From Pseudogymnoascus verrucosus (lineage: Eukaryota): a DNA stretch of 64,000 nt. Under the pieces are notes generated by a model. The model saw only the letters and a program-made list of their open reading frames with translations. It did no database searches and had not been told where the DNA came from. The position numbers and the translations under genes were made by a program. Each line of letters starts with the position of its first letter. Position 1 is the stretch's first letter. The stretch lies in assembly GCA_001662655.1 (NCBI GenBank), contig KV460213.1; one strand, 5' to 3'. Shown here in pieces: positions 23,300-34,558 of the stretch.

Positions 23300-23540
23300 G
23301 AATGGAGCCTCTAACTCGATTCAGTCGGGGAGAAAAACCAATATAGAATCAATGTTTATTTTATCAGTATGCATCTCAGGCCCGCAAAGAATAAATCCGA
23401 TGAACTAACTAGTTGTTAGAAGTTTTTAAGGTCTCCGTGAACCACTTGCTCTGGGAAAGGAACGGGATGGTAAAACTATGTATTGCTCCAGGGAAGTGGA
23501 AGGAACAGACGTCAGTGAGGCTGGGGCAATACTCTACGAG

Positions 23541-23548
23541 TATAAATA
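23541..23548 (+). promoter_or_regulatory. TATA box candidate for the small gene at 23723
   Basis: TATAAATA about 180 nt upstream of the ATG, followed by a CT-rich stretch (23610-23690) typical of fungal core promoters. Confidence 0.55.
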
Positions 23549-23722
23549 CACTAAAGCTGAGCTGGGGTCTGCACATCCATAGATAGCACTAAAGTATATT
23601 AATATCCAGCCTCGCCCACTCCCCTCTCACAGCTCTCTTCCTTTCCTCTAGTCGATACCTTGTCCCATACCTATCATCCCTCTCTTTCACGACGACAGCA
23701 AGAACCAGAAACGGCAGCAACC

Positions 23723-24034
23723 ATGGGGAACAGCAACAGTTCCCAGTACGACGTACGCAGCCCCGTCCCGTCCCGTCCTGCCCCGTCCCGTCGTCTAACC
23801 ATTGCTAAAACTTTTCCGCGCCCACAGGACCGCGAAACACAGGAGTTCCACAGCCTGCCCAAGTCCAGGACACGCGGCGTGCGCACCGACCAGCGCACCC
23901 CATACACCCAGCAGCAAAACATGGGGTACAGAGCGCAAGATCAGAATGGAGGGCGCCAGCAACGCGGGTACAACCAGCAGCAGTATAGCGGAAACCGGGC
24001 TCGGGATGACAGGGACGACGATCCGTGCTGTTGA
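23723..24034 (+). CDS. Small Q/N/G/Y-rich, probably lipidated protein (78 aa spliced; intron 23753-23827)
   Basis: Kozak-like CAACCATGG; intron GTACGC..CTAAC..CAG. Product: MGNSNSSQYD/DRETQEF...YTQQQNMGYRAQDQNGGRQQRGYNQQQYSGNRARDDRDDDPCC, followed by stacked stops TGA TAA TGA. Confidence 0.75.
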   Translation: MGNSNSSQYDVRSPVPSRPAPSRRLTIAKTFPRPQDRETQEFHSLPKSRTRGVRTDQRTPYTQQQNMGYRAQDQNGGRQQRGYNQQQYSGNRARDDRDDDPCC

Positions 24035-24827
24035 TAATGAAGAGTTTTGCTCTATTGGCAAAGATGACCCTGTGCGGGATCATTTCATGGAAGTTAATCT
24101 TAGCGTTGCTGAACTGCGCATGGCAACTATTTTTAGATCACTACCGGCGCCTGTAGTTTCCTTCTCTGTATCCAGCTCACTACCAAGCTTTAACTCGTCT
24201 GCGCTAAAATGAAAATACCTCGAAAGTGACGCAAAGTTTCAAAATACCTTGTGCGCTTTCCAATTACGCCAAGCTCTAGAAGTGGCCCTCTATTTCCCCT
24301 AACCGCTAAGGCGGATATCAGGCCAGGGTCTCGCGGCCTACAGCCTATCATTAAACACATACAACCGCTGTAAAAACAGAGCCGAGGTCTTTAATGTCTA
24401 ATAATGGATTTAACAAGGGGATTCATGCATGCTAAGTTGTATCATCACATTGTTAGGAGTCGTGTGCATATGTTGGTGTTTCAGTAGATATCAAAAGACC
24501 CAAGGTGATTTGCGAACTAGACAGCTGCAGGGTTTGGCAGCGGCTACGTGGGGACTGTTCTAGTTTTAGTTACTATTGTTGCGAGAGATGATAGATGAAA
24601 TGATATCAAATGTTTTTTTTTTTCAATAATGTGTTCGGCCCTTTTCCATTGGGCATTGAGTGAGTGTGTAGAATTGAATAATATATTCTAGAGCCAAAAG
24701 CAAACCCTTCTATTCGACCAAAATATATTCCTCATGGAAGCCGATGAACAAACCGAGCTATATGGTCACACATCCCAAAATTTCAACTCATTTTCCAGCC
24801 ATTGAAGCAATACATTGCCAGGAAGTC

Positions 24828-27800
24828 TCACACAGCAAAATCCACGCTCCCTTCAAACATAGCCACAAAGTCCATGTCAAACTCTCCCAACCAGTCCGGC
24901 CTGAGCACCTCCTTCTTCACTGGAATTTCCACCCCCATCTCTTCTCCTGTCTCGTCGTGGACTTCAGTCTCAGCGTTAGTCCCAGAGGAGGCAAAGTGGC
25001 TTTGCTCATCTGAGAGTACATCATCCACCCGCACCCTTTTCTCAGGCAGCTGCAATAGATCTGTGGACCCTCCTCGCTTCAAAACCATCCCCTCGGTCGT
25101 ACTCACTCGGTTACTGCTCGCCGTATATTTGTCATAGTCGAGAACAGCATCCACGAAGCTAGACGTCGCTTCAAGCATTGGCTCTGCTTCGGGAATTTGC
25201 TCTCCCCCAGGCAGTTGTTCGGCTTCATAAACCAAACTGTCCGGGATATCGTCCCCAAAATCTCCAAATGGAGTCCCTGAATCTGCCAAATCGGCCATAT
25301 ACCCAGGGTATGTATCATCAGCAGATGCATCGCCCTGCTCCAGAAGCCATGGTGGAGAAGGGAGATCGTCCCCACTCAAACCATCCCCATCAGTATTTTC
25401 TTTTGGGCCACTCTTCTCCAGGAATGCGTCATACGGCCTTGTGCCATTTCCGTATTGTGCCAGCGGTTTCTTGTTTCTCAGCATCTGAACTGGTTCCGAA
25501 TTAGACACGTTCGAGTGCAGAGCATGCAGCTTTCTATAGTCCCTTGGAGCGAACTTCTCATAACGAGGAGGTGGCCTGTTTTCTGAAAGGTCGATAATCT
25601 CCATGTCGTCAAACTGATAGTCATTCTTATCAAATTCCTTGAGAGCCAGTTGTTGGGTCATTGACTTATTTACAGATTTTGACACCTCTGCATCAGCAGT
25701 TTCTTCTGGCGTTTTCTTCGTCTCTTTGCTAGCATCTTGCTTTATCTTCTTCTGCAACTTGCGTGGCTTGTCCAGCCCTTCATGGCAACACTTGTGCTTG
25801 CAAGTTTTACCGTTCTTCAGTGCATTTCCCCCTCCACATATATGATTGCATGTCCATTTACCATTAGCCATCTGAACTGGCTCGGGTCGCTCTACATTGT
25901 CATGTTCTTCAGGAGCTGTTGTTTGCTGATTCGCAATATCATCAATATCAATGAACTGGTCGGACACGGTATTGTCATCCACTGCGTGCCCAGCCGACTC
26001 CTCTGCACTCTTGACAGCAGCAAGTAAATCCTGGTCTGGAATGTCATCATCCCATTCAAAATCAGCATCGCTGTCTCCGCCACCATCATCCGTGCTGAGT
26101 ATGACCTTGGGAACAACCTTCTGTGCAGGCTGTACCACAGGAAAGAGCGAGTCAGGAATATTCGGTGCTAGAATTACAGACTGAACCGTCCCAATAATCC
26201 CATCACAGGCAAGGAAACAGCTTATTGCATCACTAGAATTCGACAACTCCGTAGAAAAGTGCACTTCGAACCCCTTCTCCAGATTCTTAATATTCCCTCG
26301 CCAAAAGTGCGCCAGGTTCCCGTTGGAGACGCCAGCCACGAAAGTCAATGAGATCTGCCGATGCCTCCAGAACGGGACCTTGTGGTTTTTCAAGTCAAGC
26401 CGCGCCCTGATCTTGACCTTGGGTAGTTGGCCTAGTTTGACAATTCTGCCCATGACCTCTACACTCAAAGTTAGGCGCGGGAATGATTTCAGGGAGTCTA
26501 GTAGCTTGTGGCCAAATGGCGGATTCCTGGTCAAAATCCGCTCAATCGTCGCGGAATCAGTTGCAATGAGCTTTGCAACGCTATTTATTCCAGCTGTAAC
26601 CATTTTCTTGACAACTGCCGGCCCAATGCTGGGAATCTGTCTTAGCTGCAATGGGAGATGTTCCCAGAATTCCGCAGATATACTTCTTGACAACTCCAAG
26701 GCGTTCTGCGTTGCCAGTGCGTCACAATCAACTGCTTTGCAGTCGACAATACATCGAACCAGTCGATGGATTCGTTCAAATACTATGGCTTTGTCGGTCT
26801 GGTACTGCCTCCTATTGAACTCCTTGTCGTTGGGAGGATCCACGCCACCAAGTTGAACTTGTATGATGAGCGAAATTTTGTGGGCAGTTGCTGAGACATT
26901 CTCCTTGACAGGGTATTTGATAAATGGCGACCTGTTGAACTCTCGGAACGCCGCCCGCTCTGTCGGTTTCATTCTCAGGTCTTTAAATTCCGAGGCTTGA
27001 GATATGATATGCAACTATCAAAATTAGTTTCCAAAACTCAAGCTTGTGAGATTCACTAACCATTTGGCCCATTCCCGCGTGTTCGGGGATGCTCAGTAGC
27101 AGCTGCATAGTCTCGAATTTTACCATATACTTTGACATTGCCTGGCCGTATTCCGTGCATATGAATCTTTGGTCAGAAGTGACGAGCTTGGTATCTTGAA
27201 GCATTTTTATATCCCGCTCACAGACCTGTTCCAGTCTCTCGTCGGGATCTCTACTTCCTGTATCACAACTGAATTTGTAGTAAGTAGGATTTTGCTTCAT
27301 GCGGACACTCATGAACGTTCCGGCAAGCCATTGCTTTGCGGAGTATAGATCACGGACAGTACCAAGGCCAATCTCCGAGTTCAGATGTTCAATGAGATTT
27401 AAGTGCAGCGTACTTTCAAGTACATCCTGACCTGATATCATCCTTTTGTAGCGGTCAATGCTAGATTGCCGCGTCATGATTATTGCAACGGCCGAGTCAT
27501 CGAATTGCGGTCTCCCAGCTCGCCCAAGCATCTGCATGACTTCAAGATCTGAATATTCCGCAAGTCCGCCATCCTGGTATCCGACCGTGCCTTTGAGAAC
27601 CACCAAGTGACAAGGAAGATTAATGCCGACAGCCAACGTTGACGTACAGCATATCACGCTGATTTGCCCATTCAGATACGATTTCTCAATCACCATTCGA
27701 TCACCTGGATCCAATCCAGCATGGTGGTAAGCAACGCCTCTGGCAATTAGATCTTGGAGATCCTTGCTGCTCACTGGTACCCTCGTTGTAGGAGAAGGCC

Positions 27801-29549
27801 AAGCACGATCGACAACACGAGAACTCGCCCACCATTCTGCAAGTTTCGCAGCAGTGTTCTCACAAGATTTCCTCGTGAAGCAGAACACTATTATCGGTTT
27901 CTTGTGTGTATATTTGGCGATAAGTGCTGGTAGTTTCCCGTCTAAATACGAGTCAAATGCAAAATCATTGATGGTGCTATCAAAGCCGTGAACATGCTTC
28001 TGGAGCTTCACTGGGCGGTACTCTTCCCCAAATGTCTCACGGTGAGCAGGAAGGTGGGTATTCGTGTGATCTTTTCCTAGCCACACTGCGATATCGTGAG
28101 AATTGGGAACTGTAGCACTCAACGCCACAAACCGAACATTGGCACCAATAGACTTCATCCGCGAAACAACAGCTTCAAGCGTTGCACCTCGGTTTTCTTT
28201 CAGAATGTGGACTTCATCAATAAGAAAGAGCTTCACGAGCTGAAGCAGCTTGATATAGTCTTTCCACTTCCTGGTAATGCTATCCCATTTCTCAGGTGTC
28301 GTAACAATGATCGTTGCACTACCAACCTTTCGCACCTCTACTGCGTCGGTATCGCCAGTCAATTCAGCCGTGGCGATGTTCAGATTTCCAAACTTCACTC
28401 CCCAATCTCGGGCCCTCTCAGAGCACAGTGATTTCGTAGGAGCCTGGTAGACAATTTTGAACTGTCCAGATGAATGTGACTCAATGAGCCTCACAATAGC
28501 AAGTTCAAGGATTGCAGTTTTGCCACCACCAGTAGGGGCAGAGACGACAAGATTATCATCGCTCTTATAAGCCGCGGGGAAAACTTTCGATTGCACGGCA
28601 TTGAAAAGTGGGAATGGAAAGACAGACCGAACCCTGTCAGGGAGCTCACGCGTTGATACCAACTGGATGCCATTTATCATGGGAGGGGCATGAGAAAGTT
28701 CAAAAGCGCCTCTAGGATCTAGCGTTTCGTGCGGTGGACTCTCTTCGTATACGGATTGGGGCTCCGGAGATCTTGCCCGTTGACTTGCACGAGCTTCTCG
28801 GCGGCTAACAATCCGTCTGGTTGGGCTGGATCCTGGGAGGTTCGGAGAAGGGCTTCGGTATCCGGGTGGAGTAAAGCTCTGTCCAGCTGTAAAAGTTAGT
28901 CTACTACCATGCATCAGGGTTGCCTGCAAAAGAATCACTCACACAAAATGAAAGGCGGAGATGGCTGTTGTCTCCGCGGTTGAAGTTGGCTGAATCGATT
29001 ATCTGCATAATGGAACGTAGATGTATCGTTAAGTGATCTTGGTGGTTGGGTTGTCCTCATACTTGGAGGCTGTGTGCGGAGATTTGCCAGTGTTGAAGCC
29101 CGATTTGCAACTCGATAAGCTCCGTTTGGATTGCCATAAGTATGAAAAGTATCGCCGCCCGCAACGGTAGACCCATGAGCAGCCAGCAAACTTCTCGGTG
29201 TGAGCGAGATTCGTGGAGCTCCAGTGCCATGTTGCTGTACGGCATCAGATTGCAAGCCTTGTCTATCTGTGCATCCACACAATTAGATCTGTGATATGCA
29301 CTGGAGAACTCAAAGGAGCTTACCAAAGGGATCATATTGAGGAGGTCGTGGAATCTGTTCCTGAGGAGGTCTAAAAGAAAAAACGTCCTGGAGACTGCTG
29401 TTATTGCTGAAGTGACGGCTGAATGTTGGCTGAGCTGGAGGTAAAGTATTCGCACGAGAAAATGGAATCATAGGATACACATCATCCTGAACATTTGCAC
29501 TGGCATTATCGATGATCCTCTGCATCCGTGGATCCATCGGGAACCCCAT
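24828..29549 (-). CDS. MER3: Meiotic DExH helicase Mer3/HFM1 with Sec63 domain (introns 29267-29323, 28887-28942, 27015-27060)
   Basis: FNAVQS, APTGGGKT, TPEKWDSITRKW, DEVH, SAT, TSTLAVGINLP and QMLGRAGRPQFD; Sec63 region; C-terminal CNH-C..CKHKCC zinc motif. Start is 29549 or 29537. Confidence 0.92.
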
Positions 29550-30327
29550 AATGAGGCAGGAGAGAAAGAAAGACTTAGAGGAGCAGCATTGGAACGAGAG
29601 GCACTTCAGAGATGAACATATATGAGAGGATATTAGGAGAGTGATAATCACTTGAGGCTAACTTATCGATTGGAGATGATTTGAATGGCAGAGATTGAAA
29701 ACTGAGAATATACGGACTCAACTGTGAGATGTGGACAATTGCGAGGTTGAAATATTGAAATCGGTGGGGGTTGGACGGATTGGGACAAGGGGCTCTCGCC
29801 AGTTGCTCCAGCTGTATTGGGAGGTGGCAGTGTCTGGCACAACCAACAACACTTCAGATGGCACACGGCAAAATGCTGGTCTCCTTTGGTGCATTTTTCT
29901 CAGGTGAATAAATCTCAACACTTACATATGGTTGTTGGTAATAAGCTGGAAACAAATAAACCTTTTGCCCAGATTCAAACAAGAGGGTATTGTGAAAGTT
30001 GCAAGAAGAGACAGGGTAATACTCAAACAAATATATTTCTATAAACTCCATCCAACATGGAACGGAAATATATCTCACATCCGGCCCACCTCAGCTAATT
30101 TCCAAAGCTTCGTCTAACTGGCCTCGCAGTCTTCGCTGCCCAAGATCCCTTCCTTCCATGCAAAATGCTTCCCTCCAGTCTAACCACCTACCCCACCCTC
30201 CTGACGCCTGGTATCACGCCGTGCCGTCGTTCGGCATTTCCATTTCGAATCCTGCCCAGTTTTGTTTTTACCCTTCCTTGCCTATTTGATTTACATGCCC
30301 ATATATGCAGCGAGAGAAATTGACCGT

Positions 30328-31976
30328 TCAGTCTTCTCGCTTGCCTTTCCAGGCGCCCGTCCTCGGTTGGCCGATTGGCGAACTTGGGCGGCTCGTGCTC
30401 AAGCCCGCTTTGTTCGTGTTCATCAAGTCTAATGGGGTAAGAAGGTTCTTCTTGTCTTCGGCGGGAGTGTAGCCGTTGTCAATCGTCGTCTTCTCGTAGG
30501 TTGCAATGTTGATAGGCGGTGGGCGAGAGCGGCCCTTGTCATTAAGGCTGTAGAGGTATGTTGCAAAGATGACAACTGCAGTGCCAATGAGAAACTATAA
30601 TAGGTCAGAACCTCCTCTCTCCCAAATAGTTTCTGAACCTGTTCAAGGGTAGTCGAGACTCACATTGGATGTAACCTTAAAGTCGAAGAACCAAACGCTG
30701 AACAAAAAGCTCAAAATAATGCTGATACTCGTCGCGAAGTTCTTCGCAATGTTATCCGCGTAGTTAATGCACATTGCTACCAAAACACCACCAAGCGCCT
30801 GGAACGCAATCGCCGTCCAAACCACAGAATTGTAGCCCGCGAAAAATCCGTTCTTTGCAATTTCGCCGCCGTCTTTGTACACAACTCCAATGAGGAGGGC
30901 AGGGAAAAGGGAGTAGAATGAGAGCTGAACATTGCGTGTCCAGACTGTGATGGATGCCGAGCTATCTTTCAAGACCTTCTCGAAATATACGCCTGTCAAA
31001 CCCGAAATAACGGAGGCAGTTAGGACGGCGATGCAGCCAAGGGAGTAATTCATGGCTGCCTTTTCATGGCCAAGATCCTTGTCGATGCCCTCATAAGTAG
31101 CAGAGCGCTTTGTTAGCGCCGAAAGACTTCTCTTCGATACTTCATCTGCGACATGATGGGCCGCCTGTCCAACCTCGTGGAATGACCGCGGAAACGCGAA
31201 TTTCGACGCATCCTCAAAGATGGTGGCGTAAGAGACCTTATCGGAAGATGGAAGCTGCACAATGACAACACCGATAGTGAGTAATACAAGAGCAGTCCAT
31301 TTCCGCCCAGAAAGTGTGCGTCGAAGCATGGTTACGCTGAAAAGGGCAGTGGTAAGAATCTAGAACGCACGGATTGGTTAGTTTGTTGTATTTATCTCAG
31401 GGGATGAGGGGGCAGACCTTTAGTTGATACAAAATTTGAAAGTGAACAGCATCCAAATTGCTCACTGCAATATATTGGAGAGAATTCTGAAGGGTATATA
31501 ACGACGCCGGGATCGCTAGCTTCCAGCCATCTCCGGAAAACACAGAGTTGTAAAGTTGTTCAAATAGTGCCGTAGCAGGTGTCGATGGGGGCATTGTCCG
31601 CGAAATGTCGTATAATGCTATGGTTAAGCTGACGGATAGTTTGAGTACTTCGTTCAAGAGGACCGCTGTGGATGTGAAGTATCGGTGCCCACCAACAACG
31701 GGCATGATGCGGGAGTAGTGCATAATCTGGTTTTTATCAGCCGCCATCCCATGTTCTCACAATCGCGGTATGCAAGTTCGGTAATTCATAGTGGGTAGCA
31801 GGTGTCATGGAGACGTACGAGAATGAGGGCGGAGTTTTGGAAGGTGAGCTGCAGACACCGTGGTTAGTATGACTTCATCATTGTTCTTGGGAAAAAGAGC
31901 TCACGGTGATCAGGGAAACATGTTTCATTGGCACCCCATAGAATGTCGCACTCTGCGACTTCTCCCCCGGTGCCAT
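30328..31976 (-). CDS. Golgi UDP-galactose / nucleotide-sugar transporter (SLC35A, Gms1-like), multi-exon
   Basis: Spliced MAPGEKSQSATFYGVPMKHVSLIT/LTFQNSALIL/IMHYSR; TSTAVLLNEVLK, LYTLQNSLQY, FQILYQLK, GVYFEKVLK, YADNIAKNFATSISI; last exon ends ...KRED* at 30328. Confidence 0.9.
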
Positions 31977-33337
31977 GGTGAGTTTCTTTTCAAGTAAATC
32001 CCAAGGTTGGGTTGAGCTTCGTCGATGCGCCCAGGAGTCTCTTTGTCAATCGGCTGCCCGTGAACCGACCAAGCGCAACACAGCTGCAAGCCTCTTTTTC
32101 TTCACAGCAAAGCAAAAAATATGCAGCGACGTCAGAGTCAGTGATGAGAGTTCCACCAAAATCCACTTGTAGACGGCAGAGGAAGAGTTGAAGAAGCGTT
32201 GTGCAGCGGCCGTGAAACCGCAGAGACAATGAAGGGCAAAGGGCCGCACAGGGCGCAGTTCTGGAACTGTGGAGAAATCGTGACAGCGCGACAAAACGCA
32301 CTCACACACCAAAACAGGGTTAGTTTCCAGGGGTCGGGTGTGGGAGCTCACTTGGCGCCACAGCAATACATGGGGTTTAGCGCCGTTTCCCCGGCTGTTA
32401 CGAAGATCTGGGCGAGATCGCGAGGGACGTACCGCACAGTTGAGTATCCCACATGTGACATTTTGGCTGCCGCTGTCTATTACGGTGGCTTTGAGTGTTA
32501 CATGTAACAACAAACTGCTGAATAAATTCGATCACACAGTTCTATATATATCAGATTAAGGACTTAAATGAGCCAGCCACTCATCAGTCAATCTAGGAGA
32601 ATTTTATTTTTATTTTACCGGCTATAAATGGTCCCCCTTCCGACATTGAGGTGGCACAAGTACTACACAACCCAACTACCCACAGTCATGTAAGGATGCA
32701 GCACTCCGCGAGCTCATCGATAGCTCAAAGATCTCGGGCTTTGCAAACGGGAGATATAGTGCATAGGAGATATGACTGATCTTTTTCCTGTCAGGAAGTG
32801 GCGGTCTGGTCGGGAGACAGGAGAGCCCCTTCCTCCCGTTGACGATGCAGCTCCTGACTCGACGTGGTAAATCCAGACCGTACGCGAGTATGCGAGGAGG
32901 TGGAGAGCACCATCATAACACCCAATCATTCACTGCACATCATATCTAGTTTGGTAATCCGACGGCAATAGTGCGTTTGATTGATCGCACGATCGCATTT
33001 CTTTGCTGTCGATATCCTTCAAGTGAGGGGTGGCAAATTCAAATGTTACAAGTCACAGTACAATGTTGGCACAAACAAGATGGTTATTATCGGTATGAGG
33101 GTTGTATTTCTACCATATGTACTGGGGTAGTAGTACTACCATTAAGCTCTCCTATTCCGCGACCAGTACAAGTTTCCAGTCCCATATCATTATTACCAAG
33201 ACTCCTTTTCATATGCCTCCCAAGTACCTGTGTATACCCATCATGCGCCATCGCGATGCTAAAAAGAAAACAAAAAAAGAAAAAACGTATCATTAAAATC
33301 ATCATCCAAGGGTAGTGCCCCTGAACTCCCCAGCTAT

Positions 33338-34558
33338 CTAGTTGCGGCTGCCTAGAAAGCGGGAGATAATGTTCTGGCTGCGGCCGATTCCCATGCTCAT
33401 ACCCATGCGGGCACGGCGGGAGGACTGCTGAGTTGCTTGCTCAATATCGTACATGGTGGTGATATCCGGTTGGACTTTGCCGTGGGTGGGAGCGGCGATG
33501 TAGACTTGCTCAGGGCTCATCGTAGGAGCGACTGGCAGGTAGTAGTCATCAGACTGGCTGGGGAACATATCCACTTTGAGATCTTCCTGGAAGGAGTTGA
33601 TGGATGGAATCCGTGATATCGGGGTGTTTGATCGGCTGCGGCTGGACTCGCGAGATGAGTGCCCGGAGTAGCATCCCATGCTGTACGAGCCGGTGGTATC
33701 GGCGGTGCCGCTGCGGGAGAGATCGGGGATATCCGATGCAGATGGTGTGCGACGCTTGAGGAACTCGGCCTTGTATGCCTTTGCCGAGTTGTACATGGCT
33801 CTTGGCTGTGCCACTGTTGGCTCACTTGCCTCGGTGCGAACACTGAAGTCGTCCAGGGCAGGGCGTGCGATTCTCAGAGTGTTGCGCTCCGCCTCACGTT
33901 GAGCCAGGTACTCGCGATGGCGGATCTTGATCTGTCTATCTTCTTCGATGGCATTGCGGATGGGAGCCAAGAAGGGCTCAAAGTGGCCCTCAAGCTCGGC
34001 GAGACCAAAGTTGAGATCCCAATCCAAAAGGTAAAGGAGCTGTCTCTCCATGAGATTGACCTCATTCCTGGAAAAGCCGAATTGGGAGAAATCTTGATAC
34101 GACGTCGAAGGTACCGAGGTATATCCGGCCCAATGTTTGTTCTTTGGCGAGGAGTCGTTGAGGAATTTGGCAGAGAGGATGAGGCACGCGAGGAAGATGC
34201 GGTGAGTCGTGCATCGTAAACCCTTGGCAACGGGTGGGAGCTTCTTCTTGAGACGGTGAAGGTACAAAAGAGTGGTCATCAATGTCGGGACTTGGACGTT
34301 TGAGTGAATAACGAGGGAAGTGATGAACTGTTCAAGAGATGGGATCTTGAGGTCGGCAGCCGATAATGTTGGTGGCGGCGTCGTTGGTGGTGTGGGGGTT
34401 TGTTGAAGATGAACCTGTTCTGTGGTGGGGAAAGTCTCGCACTGAATGACTGCTTGGGCCATCTCGGCGAGGTATGAAATCATATCCTCTGTAACTGGAG
34501 TACAGACGAAGTGCTCGAGGGCAGCAGCCTGGTGTTGGTGACAGCGTGTGGAATCCAT
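33338..34558 (-). CDS. Pho85-type G1 cyclin (Pcl1/Pcl2 family, PclA-like), intronless
   Basis: Cyclin box SNVQVPTLMTTLLYLHRLK..CTTHRIFLACLILSAKFLNDSSPKNKHWA..EVNLMERQLLYLLDWDL; Ser/Pro-rich tail. Confidence 0.92.
   Translation of the reverse strand: MDSTRCHQHQAAALEHFVCTPVTEDMISYLAEMAQAVIQCETFPTTEQVHLQQTPTPPTTPPPTLSAADLKIPSLEQFITSLVIHSNVQVPTLMTTLLYLHRLKKKLPPVAKGLRCTTHRIFLACLILSAKFLNDSSPKNKHWAGYTSVPSTSYQDFSQFGFSRNEVNLMERQLLYLLDWDLNFGLAELEGHFEPFLAPIRNAIEEDRQIKIRHREYLAQREAERNTLRIARPALDDFSVRTEASEPTVAQPRAMYNSAKAYKAEFLKRRTPSASDIPDLSRSGTADTTGSYSMGCYSGHSSRESSRSRSNTPISRIPSINSFQEDLKVDMFPSQSDDYYLPVAPTMSPEQVYIAAPTHGKVQPDITTMYDIEQATQQSSRRARMGMSMGIGRSQNIISRFLGSRN

Noticed and set aside
24026..24031. Idea that the microprotein's terminal CC is a RabGGTase substrate linked to nearby MRS6
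   Set aside because: REP-dependent prenylation needs a Rab GTPase fold. Proximity of about 10 kb is probably coincidental and S-acylation is more plausible.
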